From assembly GCA_049515895.1 (NCBI GenBank), contig JBEKTQ010000009.1:1-64000 (forward strand): a stretch of 64,000 nucleotides of DNA. Reading direction: 5' to 3'. A program made the position numbers and the translations under genes. Each line of letters begins with the position of its first letter. Position 1 is the first letter of the stretch. Positions 30,335 through 40,443 of the stretch are shown piece after piece. This DNA is from Candidatus Bathyarchaeia archaeon. Lineage in GTDB: Archaea; Thermoproteota; Bathyarchaeia; Bathyarchaeales; Bathycorpusculaceae. The notes under the pieces are model-generated. The model was not told the DNA's origin and did not search any database. It saw only the letters and a list, made by a program, of their open reading frames with translations.

Positions 30335-30865
30335 TTAAGCAGCCAATATTATTTTGTTAAGTTCTGATAGTTCACCCGTTGTAAGTATTCTATAAGTTCT
30401 TATCCTGCTGTTCTTGAGTGGCAAAACATTGTTTATCGAAGTTTCCAATTGCTTCCACTGAATTATTTTCTTAGTTTTCTCTTTTACAAGTTTTGATGCA
30501 TCTAAAATCTGAAGGAACGTAACGTTTTCATCCATTTCAATCGGCTTATTTTCCCCCGAGTAATGGATGTAATACTTAGCTAAAGCTGATGTGAGGAATT
30601 TTCCACAAACCTGAGTTGGTTTGACGTTTGATTCCTCAATTTCAACAATTAGTTTAATCTTATCTTCTTTGAGAACCATCATGTCAACGTTACAAAATTC
30701 GTTTTCCCTACTTTTTACAGGTTTGAAAAACAATGGAATGCGTTGTTTTCCTTCGCAAGCTGGGTCGCGTAAAAGCTTCAGGTTTGGGTATTTAGAAACG
30801 ATTTCTTGGAAAATTCGTCCAACTTTCTTGTGGATGATATTCGCTTCTTTGGATACGACGGTCAT
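30335..30865 (-). CDS. putative PD-(D/E)XK nuclease
   Basis: NVDMMVL...LIVEIEE. Confidence 0.6.
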   Translation of the reverse strand: MTVVSKEANIIHKKVGRIFQEIVSKYPNLKLLRDPACEGKQRIPLFFKPVKSRENEFCNVDMMVLKEDKIKLIVEIEESNVKPTQVCGKFLTSALAKYYIHYSGENKPIEMDENVTFLQILDASKLVKEKTKKIIQWKQLETSINNVLPLKNSRIRTYRILTTGELSELNKIILAA

Positions 30866-30895
30866 GACTTAATCCTCACTTTAACATTTGCAAGG

Positions 30896-31660
30896 CTAAG
30901 GTGCATCTTTCGAGCATATTCTTTGGTATTCTCTATAAGTTTCAAGTTGTTCTTCTCTTGATACTCGGTCTCCTTGAGGCTGGTTTAATACCTTACATTT
31001 AAAGCCTATTTTAGAACTCAAACTTTCCAAGCGCACGTTAAGAGCATTATACACGTACTTGCCAATCACAATGACGTATTTCGGATGAGCTCCCGCCACA
31101 ACATCTCTAACATACATGTCCCATGAAGTATGAAATATCCTTTCTTTTAAATCATCAGTAATAGACCCTTTATAAATTCCAACAATGGAGGCATCTATGA
31201 GCCAAATTCCTCTTCGCTTCAGTTCATTCAAAATGTTTACTTTGTTTCTTAACCTTCCAAAATAAGGTGTCGTTTTAAGCATTCTAGAAAATCCTAAATC
31301 GTACTCGCTTTCACTCTTTGCGACGCAAGAACAGAAGATTTGCCAGAACTGAAAAGTTCCTGAATTACTCTCAACCTCTTTATTTAGTAAATCTTTTTCT
31401 CCATAACCAAGGCAATAGACTAACCTAACAAATTTAGTTGGGTAATTTGGAAGGAAATAATCCTGTTTTATCTTGCTAATTCTAACTTCAAAGTCATTTT
31501 CACTAGTGTAGACATGTGATTCAGCAAGGAGAAGAACATTTGTTTGAGCTGGTTTCCACAAGTTCCAATACTCTTGTATTTGTTTTAGAACCTGTAAGGA
31601 TTCTACAGAATTCTTTGGAACATAGCTGGTGATTGAATTGTATGCTTGTTCTAAGGTCAT
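30896..31660 (-). CDS. uracil-DNA glycosylase superfamily protein
   Basis: VLLLAES motif 1, FW, GIWLIDAS, HPKYVIVIGK, terminal QP in place of HP. Confidence 0.65.
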   Translation of the reverse strand: MTLEQAYNSITSYVPKNSVESLQVLKQIQEYWNLWKPAQTNVLLLAESHVYTSENDFEVRISKIKQDYFLPNYPTKFVRLVYCLGYGEKDLLNKEVESNSGTFQFWQIFCSCVAKSESEYDLGFSRMLKTTPYFGRLRNKVNILNELKRRGIWLIDASIVGIYKGSITDDLKERIFHTSWDMYVRDVVAGAHPKYVIVIGKYVYNALNVRLESLSSKIGFKCKVLNQPQGDRVSREEQLETYREYQRICSKDAP

Positions 31661-31904
31661 AGTTATAAGTTCAAGAACTTGCTTTTATAAACTTTCAAAC
31701 CCACTGCTTATCCGATGGAGATGCCACCTGCGTTCATCTTTTTCTAAATCCGGTTTCTCTTCAAGGCAGTTATATGAATAGATCCGTTAATCACTGAAAG
31801 ATGCGATTCTGTATCCCTAACGAAAAAATTAGTAATTGTTTGTTTTAAATAACTAAGCTGCTTAAAATAATATCATATTAGAAACATAATTAAAAGAAGG
31901 CGAT

Positions 31905-32513
31905 TTGTTGCTTACCATCCTCAAAGACTGCCAGAAAGAGTTTGATGATGATAAAGATAATGTAAGTTATTTTAAAGCCGTTCAGCAAACATTCGATGCG
32001 CATCCAAAAAATGTTAACATGACTGATGTCGCATTAAAATTTGCTGTTTTAAACGAATTATATAGCACTCACATCATGGCTACATACAAGATGATTAGTC
32101 ACATTCTTAAATTAGCTACCGAAGAAAACTTGGATAATTTGCTTAAATCGGGTGACCCTGCAGCTGTTGAAAAAATTCGCAAGGGACATAGAATTCTCGG
32201 AACAAATAAAAAACGTAAAAATAAGAAACAATATGATTTCTATTCATTTGCAACAAAGTATTGTCATTTCTCTAATCCGAATGGCTATTCGATATATGAC
32301 CAATATGTTGACCGGGCACTAATGAGGTTTCGTAAAGATAAGGACGTTCAATTTTTTGACCAAAATGACCTTTATCACGCTGCGAGTTTCATCAAAATAA
32401 TTGATAATGTAAAAAAGAAAGCTAATTTTAGTGATTATCAACAATTAGATCGGGCTTTATGGATTTACGGTAAGAGACTGGAGCGCAGTGCAAAAAGAAA
32501 GAAGAGAAAATAA
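31905..32513 (+). CDS. HhH-GPD/Ogg-like alpha-helical DNA glycosylase-like protein
   Basis: LNELYST, YSFATKYCHF.NP..YSIYDQYV, LDRALW. Confidence 0.6.
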   Translation: MLLTILKDCQKEFDDDKDNVSYFKAVQQTFDAHPKNVNMTDVALKFAVLNELYSTHIMATYKMISHILKLATEENLDNLLKSGDPAAVEKIRKGHRILGTNKKRKNKKQYDFYSFATKYCHFSNPNGYSIYDQYVDRALMRFRKDKDVQFFDQNDLYHAASFIKIIDNVKKKANFSDYQQLDRALWIYGKRLERSAKRKKRK

Positions 32514-32537
32514 CCTAGTTTGGGAAACTCCTTTGAA

Positions 32538-33890
32538 CTATAATGCATATTCTTTTTCTTTTTCAATCGTTTGCATTTTGTTGCAGAGAGTTTTGAATAG
32601 CTTTTGATTTTCAGTGTGAACTGGGAAGGCACGCTTTGGCTGAATATCCTTCACCATTTCGACCAACTGGTCTTTGCTCATGTGCCCTGAGGCATGAACT
32701 TGATGGAAGTTCATTTTGAAGTGGTCTACCCATTTATGCATTACTTCATCTTCTATGTCTTCTTCGCTAAATGGCTCGCTCATACTGTGGATGAACTCGC
32801 TGCCAGCTTTGGGTTTTATGTCAATTAGTTCAGCAAACTGGTAGAAATCCAAGTCCATTATGAGTTTGCTTTGATTCTTGTGAACATACTTGCTATCCAC
32901 CATCTTGTTCATGAACTTGCGTTCCCAAGCAAAATAATCCTTTTCATCGTACGTCCCAGACTTCTTTTTCTTGTAATAAACACGGATGCAATCATCTCTA
33001 AGTGGGTCTGGAACAGCTAAATGCTCATCGTTGAGCAGTTTTGTTAAGAGGTAAGCGGTTTTAGGTGTAATGACCATTCTCCTATTGTTCTTTTTTGCCA
33101 CTTCAAAGAAACTATTGAATCTGTCAATGTCCCGGCTGGCATGCATAGTGAATACGGCTTTGTCAGTCGAAGCAACTATTTTATCGCTCAGTTGTTTAAC
33201 TTGTGGTTCAGAATAGTTCTGTCGCGTTTCTTTAATGGCCATCCTTGTTCCTTCACAAATCAATGCGACAGGCTCAACTTCCTTTGCTTTTTCAAGGAAG
33301 TTTTCTGTAAGGTCTTTTCTTGGACCATGCCTTCTCAGGTCTCCAGTGTAAACAACTGCTCCTTCAGATGTATGTATGATGAAGCCGTATGCAGCTGGAA
33401 TCGAGTGGTCAACCGCAATAGGCTCAACTGTTAAGTTGTCAATTTTGATTTTGTGTCCAGTCCTAAACTTGTTGCAAGGATGTTCGCCATAATTCGCAAA
33501 GAAACCTGTCTCCTCCATAGACTCCATGAACAGCTTGGTTCCGACACCCATGCAGACTGGAATGGAAGGATCCAAAAACCCAATGTGGGTTATGTGGTCA
33601 AAGTGGGCATGTGAAAGGAAAACGCAATCGATTTCGGGTTTAGCGTATGCAAGGTTTGTCGATGCGAGCATTTCTTTTGAGTATAGACCGCTTATTTTTG
33701 GCAGGAGACCAAACTCAAAGTAGTCTCCAAGACCATTGAGATTTCTGGGTTGGAGCCAACTTGTAAAGTATTCCTCGCCAAAAGTGAAAGACTGCCCGAA
33801 GTCAAGAAAGATTTTTGTTCCTTTGTCCTCCAAGAGAATTTTGTTGCCACCAATCTCGTTGACGCCTCCGTAAAATGTCAGTTTCACCAT
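32538..33890 (-). CDS. metallo-beta-lactamase/beta-CASP ribonuclease (RNase J-like)
   Basis: GGVNEIGGN, SHAHFDH, VDHS, YTGD, HASGH, PVHTE. Confidence 0.9.
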   Translation of the reverse strand: MVKLTFYGGVNEIGGNKILLEDKGTKIFLDFGQSFTFGEEYFTSWLQPRNLNGLGDYFEFGLLPKISGLYSKEMLASTNLAYAKPEIDCVFLSHAHFDHITHIGFLDPSIPVCMGVGTKLFMESMEETGFFANYGEHPCNKFRTGHKIKIDNLTVEPIAVDHSIPAAYGFIIHTSEGAVVYTGDLRRHGPRKDLTENFLEKAKEVEPVALICEGTRMAIKETRQNYSEPQVKQLSDKIVASTDKAVFTMHASRDIDRFNSFFEVAKKNNRRMVITPKTAYLLTKLLNDEHLAVPDPLRDDCIRVYYKKKKSGTYDEKDYFAWERKFMNKMVDSKYVHKNQSKLIMDLDFYQFAELIDIKPKAGSEFIHSMSEPFSEEDIEDEVMHKWVDHFKMNFHQVHASGHMSKDQLVEMVKDIQPKRAFPVHTENQKLFKTLCNKMQTIEKEKEYAL

Positions 33891-33923
33891 TCTTCAATCA
33901 TCATTTGTTGTGCATGTTTTTAG

Positions 33924-34038
33924 TATTAAACTTCAGCGGTTAATTGACAAAAAACGTTTGCCTTGTGGAAGAAGCCCAAATTTATCGAACGTCCGATAAA
34001 CATTAATTGAACAAGGTTATCACCTATTTTTAAAAATC
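33924..34038. repeat. degenerate direct repeat, copy 2 (copy 1 at 28294-28410)
   Basis: TATTAAACTTCAGCGGTTAAT...TTTATCGAACGTCCGATAAACATTAATTGAACAAG. Confidence 0.75.
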
Positions 34039-34207
34039 ATCGTTTGCAGCAAAATCAAAAAGAATTGCTTACCGTAGCAGTTCGATAGGAAAACTGGGTT
34101 GAGATGCTTTAATCGATTTTTTGCTGATGTCTAAAAGGCACAGGAGAATTACCTTCTTAGCAGACCAACCTTAAGATTTTTAAGGCAAACAAATCAATTT
34201 AAAAACT

Positions 34208-34648
34208 ATGTCTTCCATTGTCGGGGCAATTTTCCCCATTTCACCTGAACATGCTAAGCGTATGTTTAATGAAGGACGAACAGTATTTGCCAAATATACT
34301 AATATGTGCCGTCTTGGTGTAAATTCAAAAATTGTTTTTTATGCAACTGGAGGAACTGGAGTCGTGGGGGAAGGAATTATAGAACGAATTGAGAAATTTA
34401 GCCCTGAGAAGGCTTGGAACTGTTATGAGAGCAGGCTCTTCTTAGATTATGAAGAATACAAACAATATACTTTGATATCACCAATTGGAAAAACAAGTAG
34501 ACCCTTATCTGAAATAACAGTTTTTGTTCTCAAAAAAATCAAGCAATTTAGAACAAGGCACTTAACCTTTAAAGTCACTCCTTCTGGTGCTTATTTAACA
34601 AAGGAAAAATATCTCAGTATTTTCAAAGAAATGGAACAAGCCCCTTAG
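34208..34648 (+). CDS. ASCH/PUA-like (DUF365-like) protein
   Basis: FPISPEHAKRMFNEGRTVFAKY, KIVFYA...VVGEGII, PSGAYLT. Confidence 0.7.
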   Translation: MSSIVGAIFPISPEHAKRMFNEGRTVFAKYTNMCRLGVNSKIVFYATGGTGVVGEGIIERIEKFSPEKAWNCYESRLFLDYEEYKQYTLISPIGKTSRPLSEITVFVLKKIKQFRTRHLTFKVTPSGAYLTKEKYLSIFKEMEQAP

Positions 34649-34757
34649 AGAAACCATCAGTGAATCACTAAAGTCTTATGAACCAACACAAAAAAGATAG
34701 GTCTAAATAGATTGAAAGTTGATTAAAATAAAAGCGGAACTGAAAGACTTTGCCGAA

Positions 34758-35285
34758 TTAAGTTAATACTGCCCCACAATTAGCACAATGAGTACTATCT
34801 GCTTTGTTTCTTGCGCCACAGAATTTACAAAATATCATCGTTGGAACTGTTCCTTTGCTCAAGGCTTCTTGGGCTAACCGTTTCTTCTCTTGACGAGCTT
34901 CAGTCAAAGCGGTCTGAATTTCTTTTTCCACTTGCTCAATCTCTTTGCCTTCAACACTAGAGATGTGGTATTCTCCCGACTGTGTTCCACCACCCACATA
35001 CAATCTAACAGCCTGAACACCAAAACCACCAATTCTTTTCGTAGTAATTCCGCTAATTTCTTCCAGAGGCAAACGAACTCTCTGGCTATACCTAGAACTG
35101 AAAACGCTTTGTTTTTCCATATAAATCATGTTATCATTGGTAAAGACCACTAATCCTTTCAGGTTTACACGGTTCTCGTTTGGTTTCAAGGGAGGAACGC
35201 AACGGCAGACATATTTTAATTTAATCTTTTCGCCTTCGACCAATCCAAGATTATCGATGCAAAACTTGAATTCCGATTCGTTCAT
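34758..35285 (-). CDS. bacterial PH-like domain plus C-terminal double zinc ribbon
   Basis: GLVVFTNDNMIY...LPLEEISGI; CKFCG...CANCG. Confidence 0.7.
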   Translation of the reverse strand: MNESEFKFCIDNLGLVEGEKIKLKYVCRCVPPLKPNENRVNLKGLVVFTNDNMIYMEKQSVFSSRYSQRVRLPLEEISGITTKRIGGFGVQAVRLYVGGGTQSGEYHISSVEGKEIEQVEKEIQTALTEARQEKKRLAQEALSKGTVPTMIFCKFCGARNKADSTHCANCGAVLT

Positions 35286-35709
35286 TCATCTCACTATAGA
35301 CCTTCTTCAAGCTTAGGCAGTTTTAAGGTTTTTGCATCATTCGGCTTCTAACTACGACTGCTCGACATGGACAGCACAATGTGCCTAAGTAGCTTTCACT
35401 TGAATGCCTGTCTTGGTTTTTGGGTTTCATTAGTTACCTTAAACTCATAATCGATAAATTTGCAGAAAATTAATAGTATTCGGAGAAGAGCAATGCACAA
35501 ATAAAGTTTACTTAGCTCTGCTTTAAGTTTTTGCACGCTTGGAAACTAAACGATAAGCCGCTGTTTTTCTGAGCCTAAGATATTGTGAAAAACTACCATT
35601 CTATCCTAATGGGTTGAAAATTACGCTTTCCCTTGGTTCGAAAGAGAATCTTACCGCCAATTTCGTTAGCTCCGATATAGAAAGTCAAAAAATGAGACAA
35701 GAAGTTCCC

Positions 35710-38283
35710 TTACTTAAATACATCCAAGTCGGAGAACTCGCTCGGCTCCAATTTTCCGAAGTCTTGCTGTGGAATCTTCAAATACTTCCACGTTCTCTGT
35801 GTCAGGTCGGTCGCATATTCACACCATAACCTTGCTGCTCGATCCTTGTGTGGTACATCAGGGTCCTCACGCCCCTTTGTCTCAATAACATAATGGTCAC
35901 CATTTTCCAAGACAGCGATGAAGTCTGGTTCATAATATCGCAAATTTGCTACAGAGTCCGTGTATTCAATTGAGAATCCAAAACGAGACGGAAGTTTAGA
36001 GAATTTCGTTACATCTCTGGCTGTTTGAAGGAATTTAGCAAAATCTAGCTCAAACTCATTATCGCATGGTACTCGATTAAGAATACATTTGGATGCCTGA
36101 TATGTTAGCCTCGAGAAGGCGAAAGGTTCCATGTCAGAGATTTTCCTTGGAGAACCAGCTATTTCGGGTATGCGCTCTTCGACTATTACTGCTCGAAGAG
36201 CCTTGATAAAAGTCTGAACGGTAACATATTGGCTAACATTGCTACCGATTGCCTTAATTATTGTGGGGTCTTCCAAGTTGACTTTTTCCCCAAAAGCTTG
36301 TTCCTCCAGAAACTGTCGAATCTTTGGTACCAGATAAGCGAATTGAGAAGGGAGTTTAAGGTTCTGCGCTACCTCTTTTGCATAATACGATATTATTTCT
36401 TGAGCTGTCTGAGCTTGAGGAATCTTGTATTGTCGCTCGACCAACTTCTGAAGAGTTAGGAAGTCATAACCTTCGTACTGGAATGTTTCAATATCTGCTC
36501 CACTATCTTTCTTCGGCAGCCTCGGACATTTCAATGTCTTGACATCCAAAGACTCAATTTGCTCAGATAGGGACTTCTTGCGAACAAGTATAGGACTTAG
36601 AACAGGTATCTCAATATCCTTATCTGCCTTATCGAAATCGACAATAATCGTGACTATCTTAAGTTTATCTTTGCCAAGCTCGAAAGTGCCGAACTTAACT
36701 CCTTCGTCCTTCTCCAAGTCTTCTACGAAACTGAGAAATGCGGTGTTTCCAATTACATCTAGCCTTTCTACATAGTCGCTTGTCAGGTCTCGAAACATTA
36801 GGCGCAAACCCCTGCCGATCGTTTGTTCTGGGAGAATATTCGCCTTAGAAGTGTAAGGTCTGAGACCGATGACTACGGTAACGTTCTGAACATCCCATCC
36901 CTCACGAAGCATCAACACGCTCACGATTGCGTTTACTGAACTAGTCTCTCTGTCAACATTTCGTGCGACTTGCCTTGCTATGTCTAAGTCACGTTTTGAA
37001 ACATCGCCTTTTTTGTCCGTGTGTATAACTAGAAGTCGGTCTTCCCCAAAGTCTTCAGGATAATGGTTTTGAAGGTAGTCTCCTACATCATCAGCATCGT
37101 CAGTACTATTCATCATTACGAACAGTATTGGCTTCTTTCTTAATGGTTTAAGTTGCTGCCGATATTCTTTCCATCTTTCGACTCCAGCGGTTAAATAAGC
37201 TCGGTATTTGGTACTGGCTATGTCAGACCTAGCTTCGTGTATCCCTGAGGCTACTCCTTTGATGGGGCGTTTAACAATTCCATCCTGTATAGCTCGCTTC
37301 AGAGGATAATCGTAGATAGTCCATGAAAACAAAGTACCTTGGCTAAATCTTGGAGTTGCGGAAAAGTCAAGCTGTGCCCCTACTCCTCCTGATGCTTTAC
37401 TGTTTAAGTCACGAATTATATCGTTCCATTTTAGGTCTTCATCGTGTGTGTGATGGGCTTCATCATTTATCACGAGAAGAGGACCATTTCGCTTGATTAT
37501 ACGGGGAATAACGCTTTCGACGGACTCCATTGTGGTGAGTGGGTTGCGACCTAAAACACCTGTTATTTCGCTTGGCTCATCGTCGATTTCCGCAGGTCTT
37601 TCATATAATTGCTGAACATTTGTAAGATAGAGTGCTCCTTCAGAACGGGCCCGGTCACCCTCCCCTCGCATGTAGCATTCGAAATCCCAGCTATTCACAA
37701 ACTCTTGAGGTAGTATGGGGTCTGCACGGAATATTCTTCCTCCGCCGAAGTCTAATCGCAATCTTTCAAAAACGATAACGTTGGGAGCTATTACCAAAGC
37801 TGTCTTTGAATAGTATTTAGGGTTCTCCATAATAGCATTGAGATACTGCCAAGCAACTGCAAGAGCCATTACCTTGGTCTTACCGCTGCCTGTAGCCATC
37901 TTGAAACAATATCTCGCGAAGTCATCGTGCTGTAGCAGCTCCAAATGCTTCGATTCGAGCGCATATTGTTCCAGCATATCTCGCTGGCGTCGTATTTTAC
38001 TCACTTCGTACAAGTAGACAACTGTCTCCATTGCTTCGCGTTGAGCTGTGTTATATTTGAAAATGTGACCATTAGCTAACCTATGGTCCGAGTGAAACCA
38101 ATAGTTAAGTAAGGTCTTTGTCGTGTCGGTACATCCTACAGGCGTAACGTAGCCGCTCTTTACCCAATCGTCCACTGATTTCCTTATTGCAGGAACGCAA
38201 GGTGCTGTTCCAATTGGAGCTACTACCTTCAATTCGTCTTTAGAGGCTGCAAATCTGGCTTGAGCAGCTTTTTTATTCTTCAT
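35710..38283 (-). CDS. res: type III restriction enzyme, Res subunit
   Basis: MATGSGKT, INDEAHH, SATP, LREGWDV, EQTIGRGLR, YEPDF...IETKG. Confidence 0.92.
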   Translation of the reverse strand: MKNKKAAQARFAASKDELKVVAPIGTAPCVPAIRKSVDDWVKSGYVTPVGCTDTTKTLLNYWFHSDHRLANGHIFKYNTAQREAMETVVYLYEVSKIRRQRDMLEQYALESKHLELLQHDDFARYCFKMATGSGKTKVMALAVAWQYLNAIMENPKYYSKTALVIAPNVIVFERLRLDFGGGRIFRADPILPQEFVNSWDFECYMRGEGDRARSEGALYLTNVQQLYERPAEIDDEPSEITGVLGRNPLTTMESVESVIPRIIKRNGPLLVINDEAHHTHDEDLKWNDIIRDLNSKASGGVGAQLDFSATPRFSQGTLFSWTIYDYPLKRAIQDGIVKRPIKGVASGIHEARSDIASTKYRAYLTAGVERWKEYRQQLKPLRKKPILFVMMNSTDDADDVGDYLQNHYPEDFGEDRLLVIHTDKKGDVSKRDLDIARQVARNVDRETSSVNAIVSVLMLREGWDVQNVTVVIGLRPYTSKANILPEQTIGRGLRLMFRDLTSDYVERLDVIGNTAFLSFVEDLEKDEGVKFGTFELGKDKLKIVTIIVDFDKADKDIEIPVLSPILVRKKSLSEQIESLDVKTLKCPRLPKKDSGADIETFQYEGYDFLTLQKLVERQYKIPQAQTAQEIISYYAKEVAQNLKLPSQFAYLVPKIRQFLEEQAFGEKVNLEDPTIIKAIGSNVSQYVTVQTFIKALRAVIVEERIPEIAGSPRKISDMEPFAFSRLTYQASKCILNRVPCDNEFELDFAKFLQTARDVTKFSKLPSRFGFSIEYTDSVANLRYYEPDFIAVLENGDHYVIETKGREDPDVPHKDRAARLWCEYATDLTQRTWKYLKIPQQDFGKLEPSEFSDLDVFK

Positions 38284-40113
38284 TTAGACCTTCACCTGAA
38301 GTGTCTTGGTCGTGTCGTTCCCCAAAATATCGACGACTTTCACTACCACTCGGTATCTTCCACGATTATCATAGGTCTTCGAGGCTTTTGTTAGAAGGTC
38401 TGGTTTTTCCCGTGTCCGATATTCTTGCCATTCATTATGGAAAGTGTCATTCTTGTTGTTCCAATCGACAGCCCAGTAATCTACCCATTGCGACCAATGC
38501 TTGATTTCCTTCTGGATATCTGTTGGCACGTCATCTGCAGGAATCACGAAATCATTTATGGCGATAACAACTTTTTTTCCAGCCGTTTTAAGCTTGATAT
38601 CAAGTGATGCTAGTTCGAAGAAATGAATATCCCCCTGCTCAACAGCCTTCCTATCAAGAACTTCCCTTGGGATACGAAGGAATCGCACGTCGACATTAGC
38701 TTGAGCAGCTTGCTGCTTTGCGAGCTCGTTTAGTTCAAAAGCGAAATCCCATCCTAGAACATCGATGCCATTTGTTCTCGGTGCCTCTTTTCCTGTTCCG
38801 ATTGACCGTTTGAACTCGGCGACAATTTGTCCAACGTCCAGAGAAGAAACTGGCGAGTCAACCGAACCCACGTGAATGAACCGTTTTCCTTTGGTGCCGT
38901 GAAGCCAGAGGTACCCGTTTAGAGGTTGAGCACCATACAATTTAAGAATAAAGCTGATGTAAGAACGGATCTTAGTTGCAGATTCTTCGCCAAATTCGGA
39001 GGTCTGCCAAGCTTGACGTTCGTACTTACCAAGATTTTGAATTACAAATGGTTTCAGGCGGTCTATTTTTAGAAGCCGTTTTCGGGTTGTGTGAATTGAA
39101 AAACGGCTAAGGTCGCATGCTATCCAACGGCGTTCGAGCTTTTCAGCAACTGCTGCACTTGTGCCGCTTCCTACGAAGCAATCCAAGACAAGGTCGCCCT
39201 TATTTGATGAGGCTTCGATAATGCGTTTCAGAATGGATTCAGGTTTTTGGGTCGCATAGCCGAGGTTTTCCGTTTTGTCTGCAGGTTGTAACATTGAAAG
39301 ACGCCAAACGTCGTCAACCATCTTTTTATCAGATTCAATGTAAATGATGTTTCCTTGCTCATCACGAGCATTTACCAACATTTGTTTTTCTTTAGACCAG
39401 ACTCTTTTTAGCAGCTTTACTTTTTCGGGGCGCTTTTCATATTGAGCTTGAAAAGTGTAATCTGGTGTTTTAGTATACCAAAAAATTACCTGATGGTCTG
39501 TAGCAAAGCGATTAATATTTCCTTGTATCTTGTTGTAGAAATGCCATATAACCTCGTTTCTGAAATTCTGTTTTCCAAATACCTCGTCTAGAATGATTTT
39601 TGCGTAGTGCCCAACATGCCAATCTAGGTGAACGTATATACTGCCCGTTGGCTTAAGCAATTTCTCAAGCAGAACGACTGTATCATAAAACCAATGAAGA
39701 TAATTATCAAGGTGAGTTTCCTCTCCGCCCCATGTGTCTCGGTAAGCTTTCTGTTCAATTATGCTGGGCAGTTTGGTGAAGGAAGTTTCATTGACTTGAT
39801 GGTCTGGAACCTCTACTCGATAGGAGAAGTCTTCACCTGTGTCGAACGGTGGGTCAATGTAAATTAGGTCAACAGAATTTGCAAACTCGGTTATGAGACT
39901 GGGTAGGACGTACTTCTTGTCTCCCCATATTAGTCTGTTTCGCCATTCTGTTGCGCCTTGTCCAGATAGGAATGATTCCATAGACTTCTGACGTTGTTGT
40001 GAAGATTCATTTAGAGTTTCAATTGTCTGGAATGGCAAAGCAATTTGAAGTGGAGCATTTTTGTTGCCTGATTCATCATATTTACGGTCCCACGACAGTT
40101 CAACCAATGTCAA
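38284..40113 (-). CDS. mod: type III RM DNA adenine methyltransferase, Mod subunit
   Basis: YIDPPF, TQKP, LDCFVGSGT; abuts res. Confidence 0.92.
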   Translation of the reverse strand: MTLVELSWDRKYDESGNKNAPLQIALPFQTIETLNESSQQRQKSMESFLSGQGATEWRNRLIWGDKKYVLPSLITEFANSVDLIYIDPPFDTGEDFSYRVEVPDHQVNETSFTKLPSIIEQKAYRDTWGGEETHLDNYLHWFYDTVVLLEKLLKPTGSIYVHLDWHVGHYAKIILDEVFGKQNFRNEVIWHFYNKIQGNINRFATDHQVIFWYTKTPDYTFQAQYEKRPEKVKLLKRVWSKEKQMLVNARDEQGNIIYIESDKKMVDDVWRLSMLQPADKTENLGYATQKPESILKRIIEASSNKGDLVLDCFVGSGTSAAVAEKLERRWIACDLSRFSIHTTRKRLLKIDRLKPFVIQNLGKYERQAWQTSEFGEESATKIRSYISFILKLYGAQPLNGYLWLHGTKGKRFIHVGSVDSPVSSLDVGQIVAEFKRSIGTGKEAPRTNGIDVLGWDFAFELNELAKQQAAQANVDVRFLRIPREVLDRKAVEQGDIHFFELASLDIKLKTAGKKVVIAINDFVIPADDVPTDIQKEIKHWSQWVDYWAVDWNNKNDTFHNEWQEYRTREKPDLLTKASKTYDNRGRYRVVVKVVDILGNDTTKTLQVKV

Positions 40114-40443
40114 CGCCGATGTAATTCATTATTGGATTTCCCTTAAAAGCTCTTGTATACAGCAGGAAATGTGCTTCACAGCGGAGGAATTCGTGACCCT
40201 GTGGACAATTCCATTTAGCGATTGCGTGTCTCTTGACTGCTGGAATGCACCAACCGTTTATGATATCTTGGAATTTATCACTTGTCAAGACACAAAAATG
40301 TCAGCAAAGAAGTCGTTATTGAATACCTAAAGAAGCATTTTGCCTTAGAAAATGGATGATGATTAGCTTTCCTTGGGTTGTAATAACAAAGTTAAATGCT
40401 TATAAATTCAAGTAGCCAATTACCAATATGCGGTCTTGAATAA

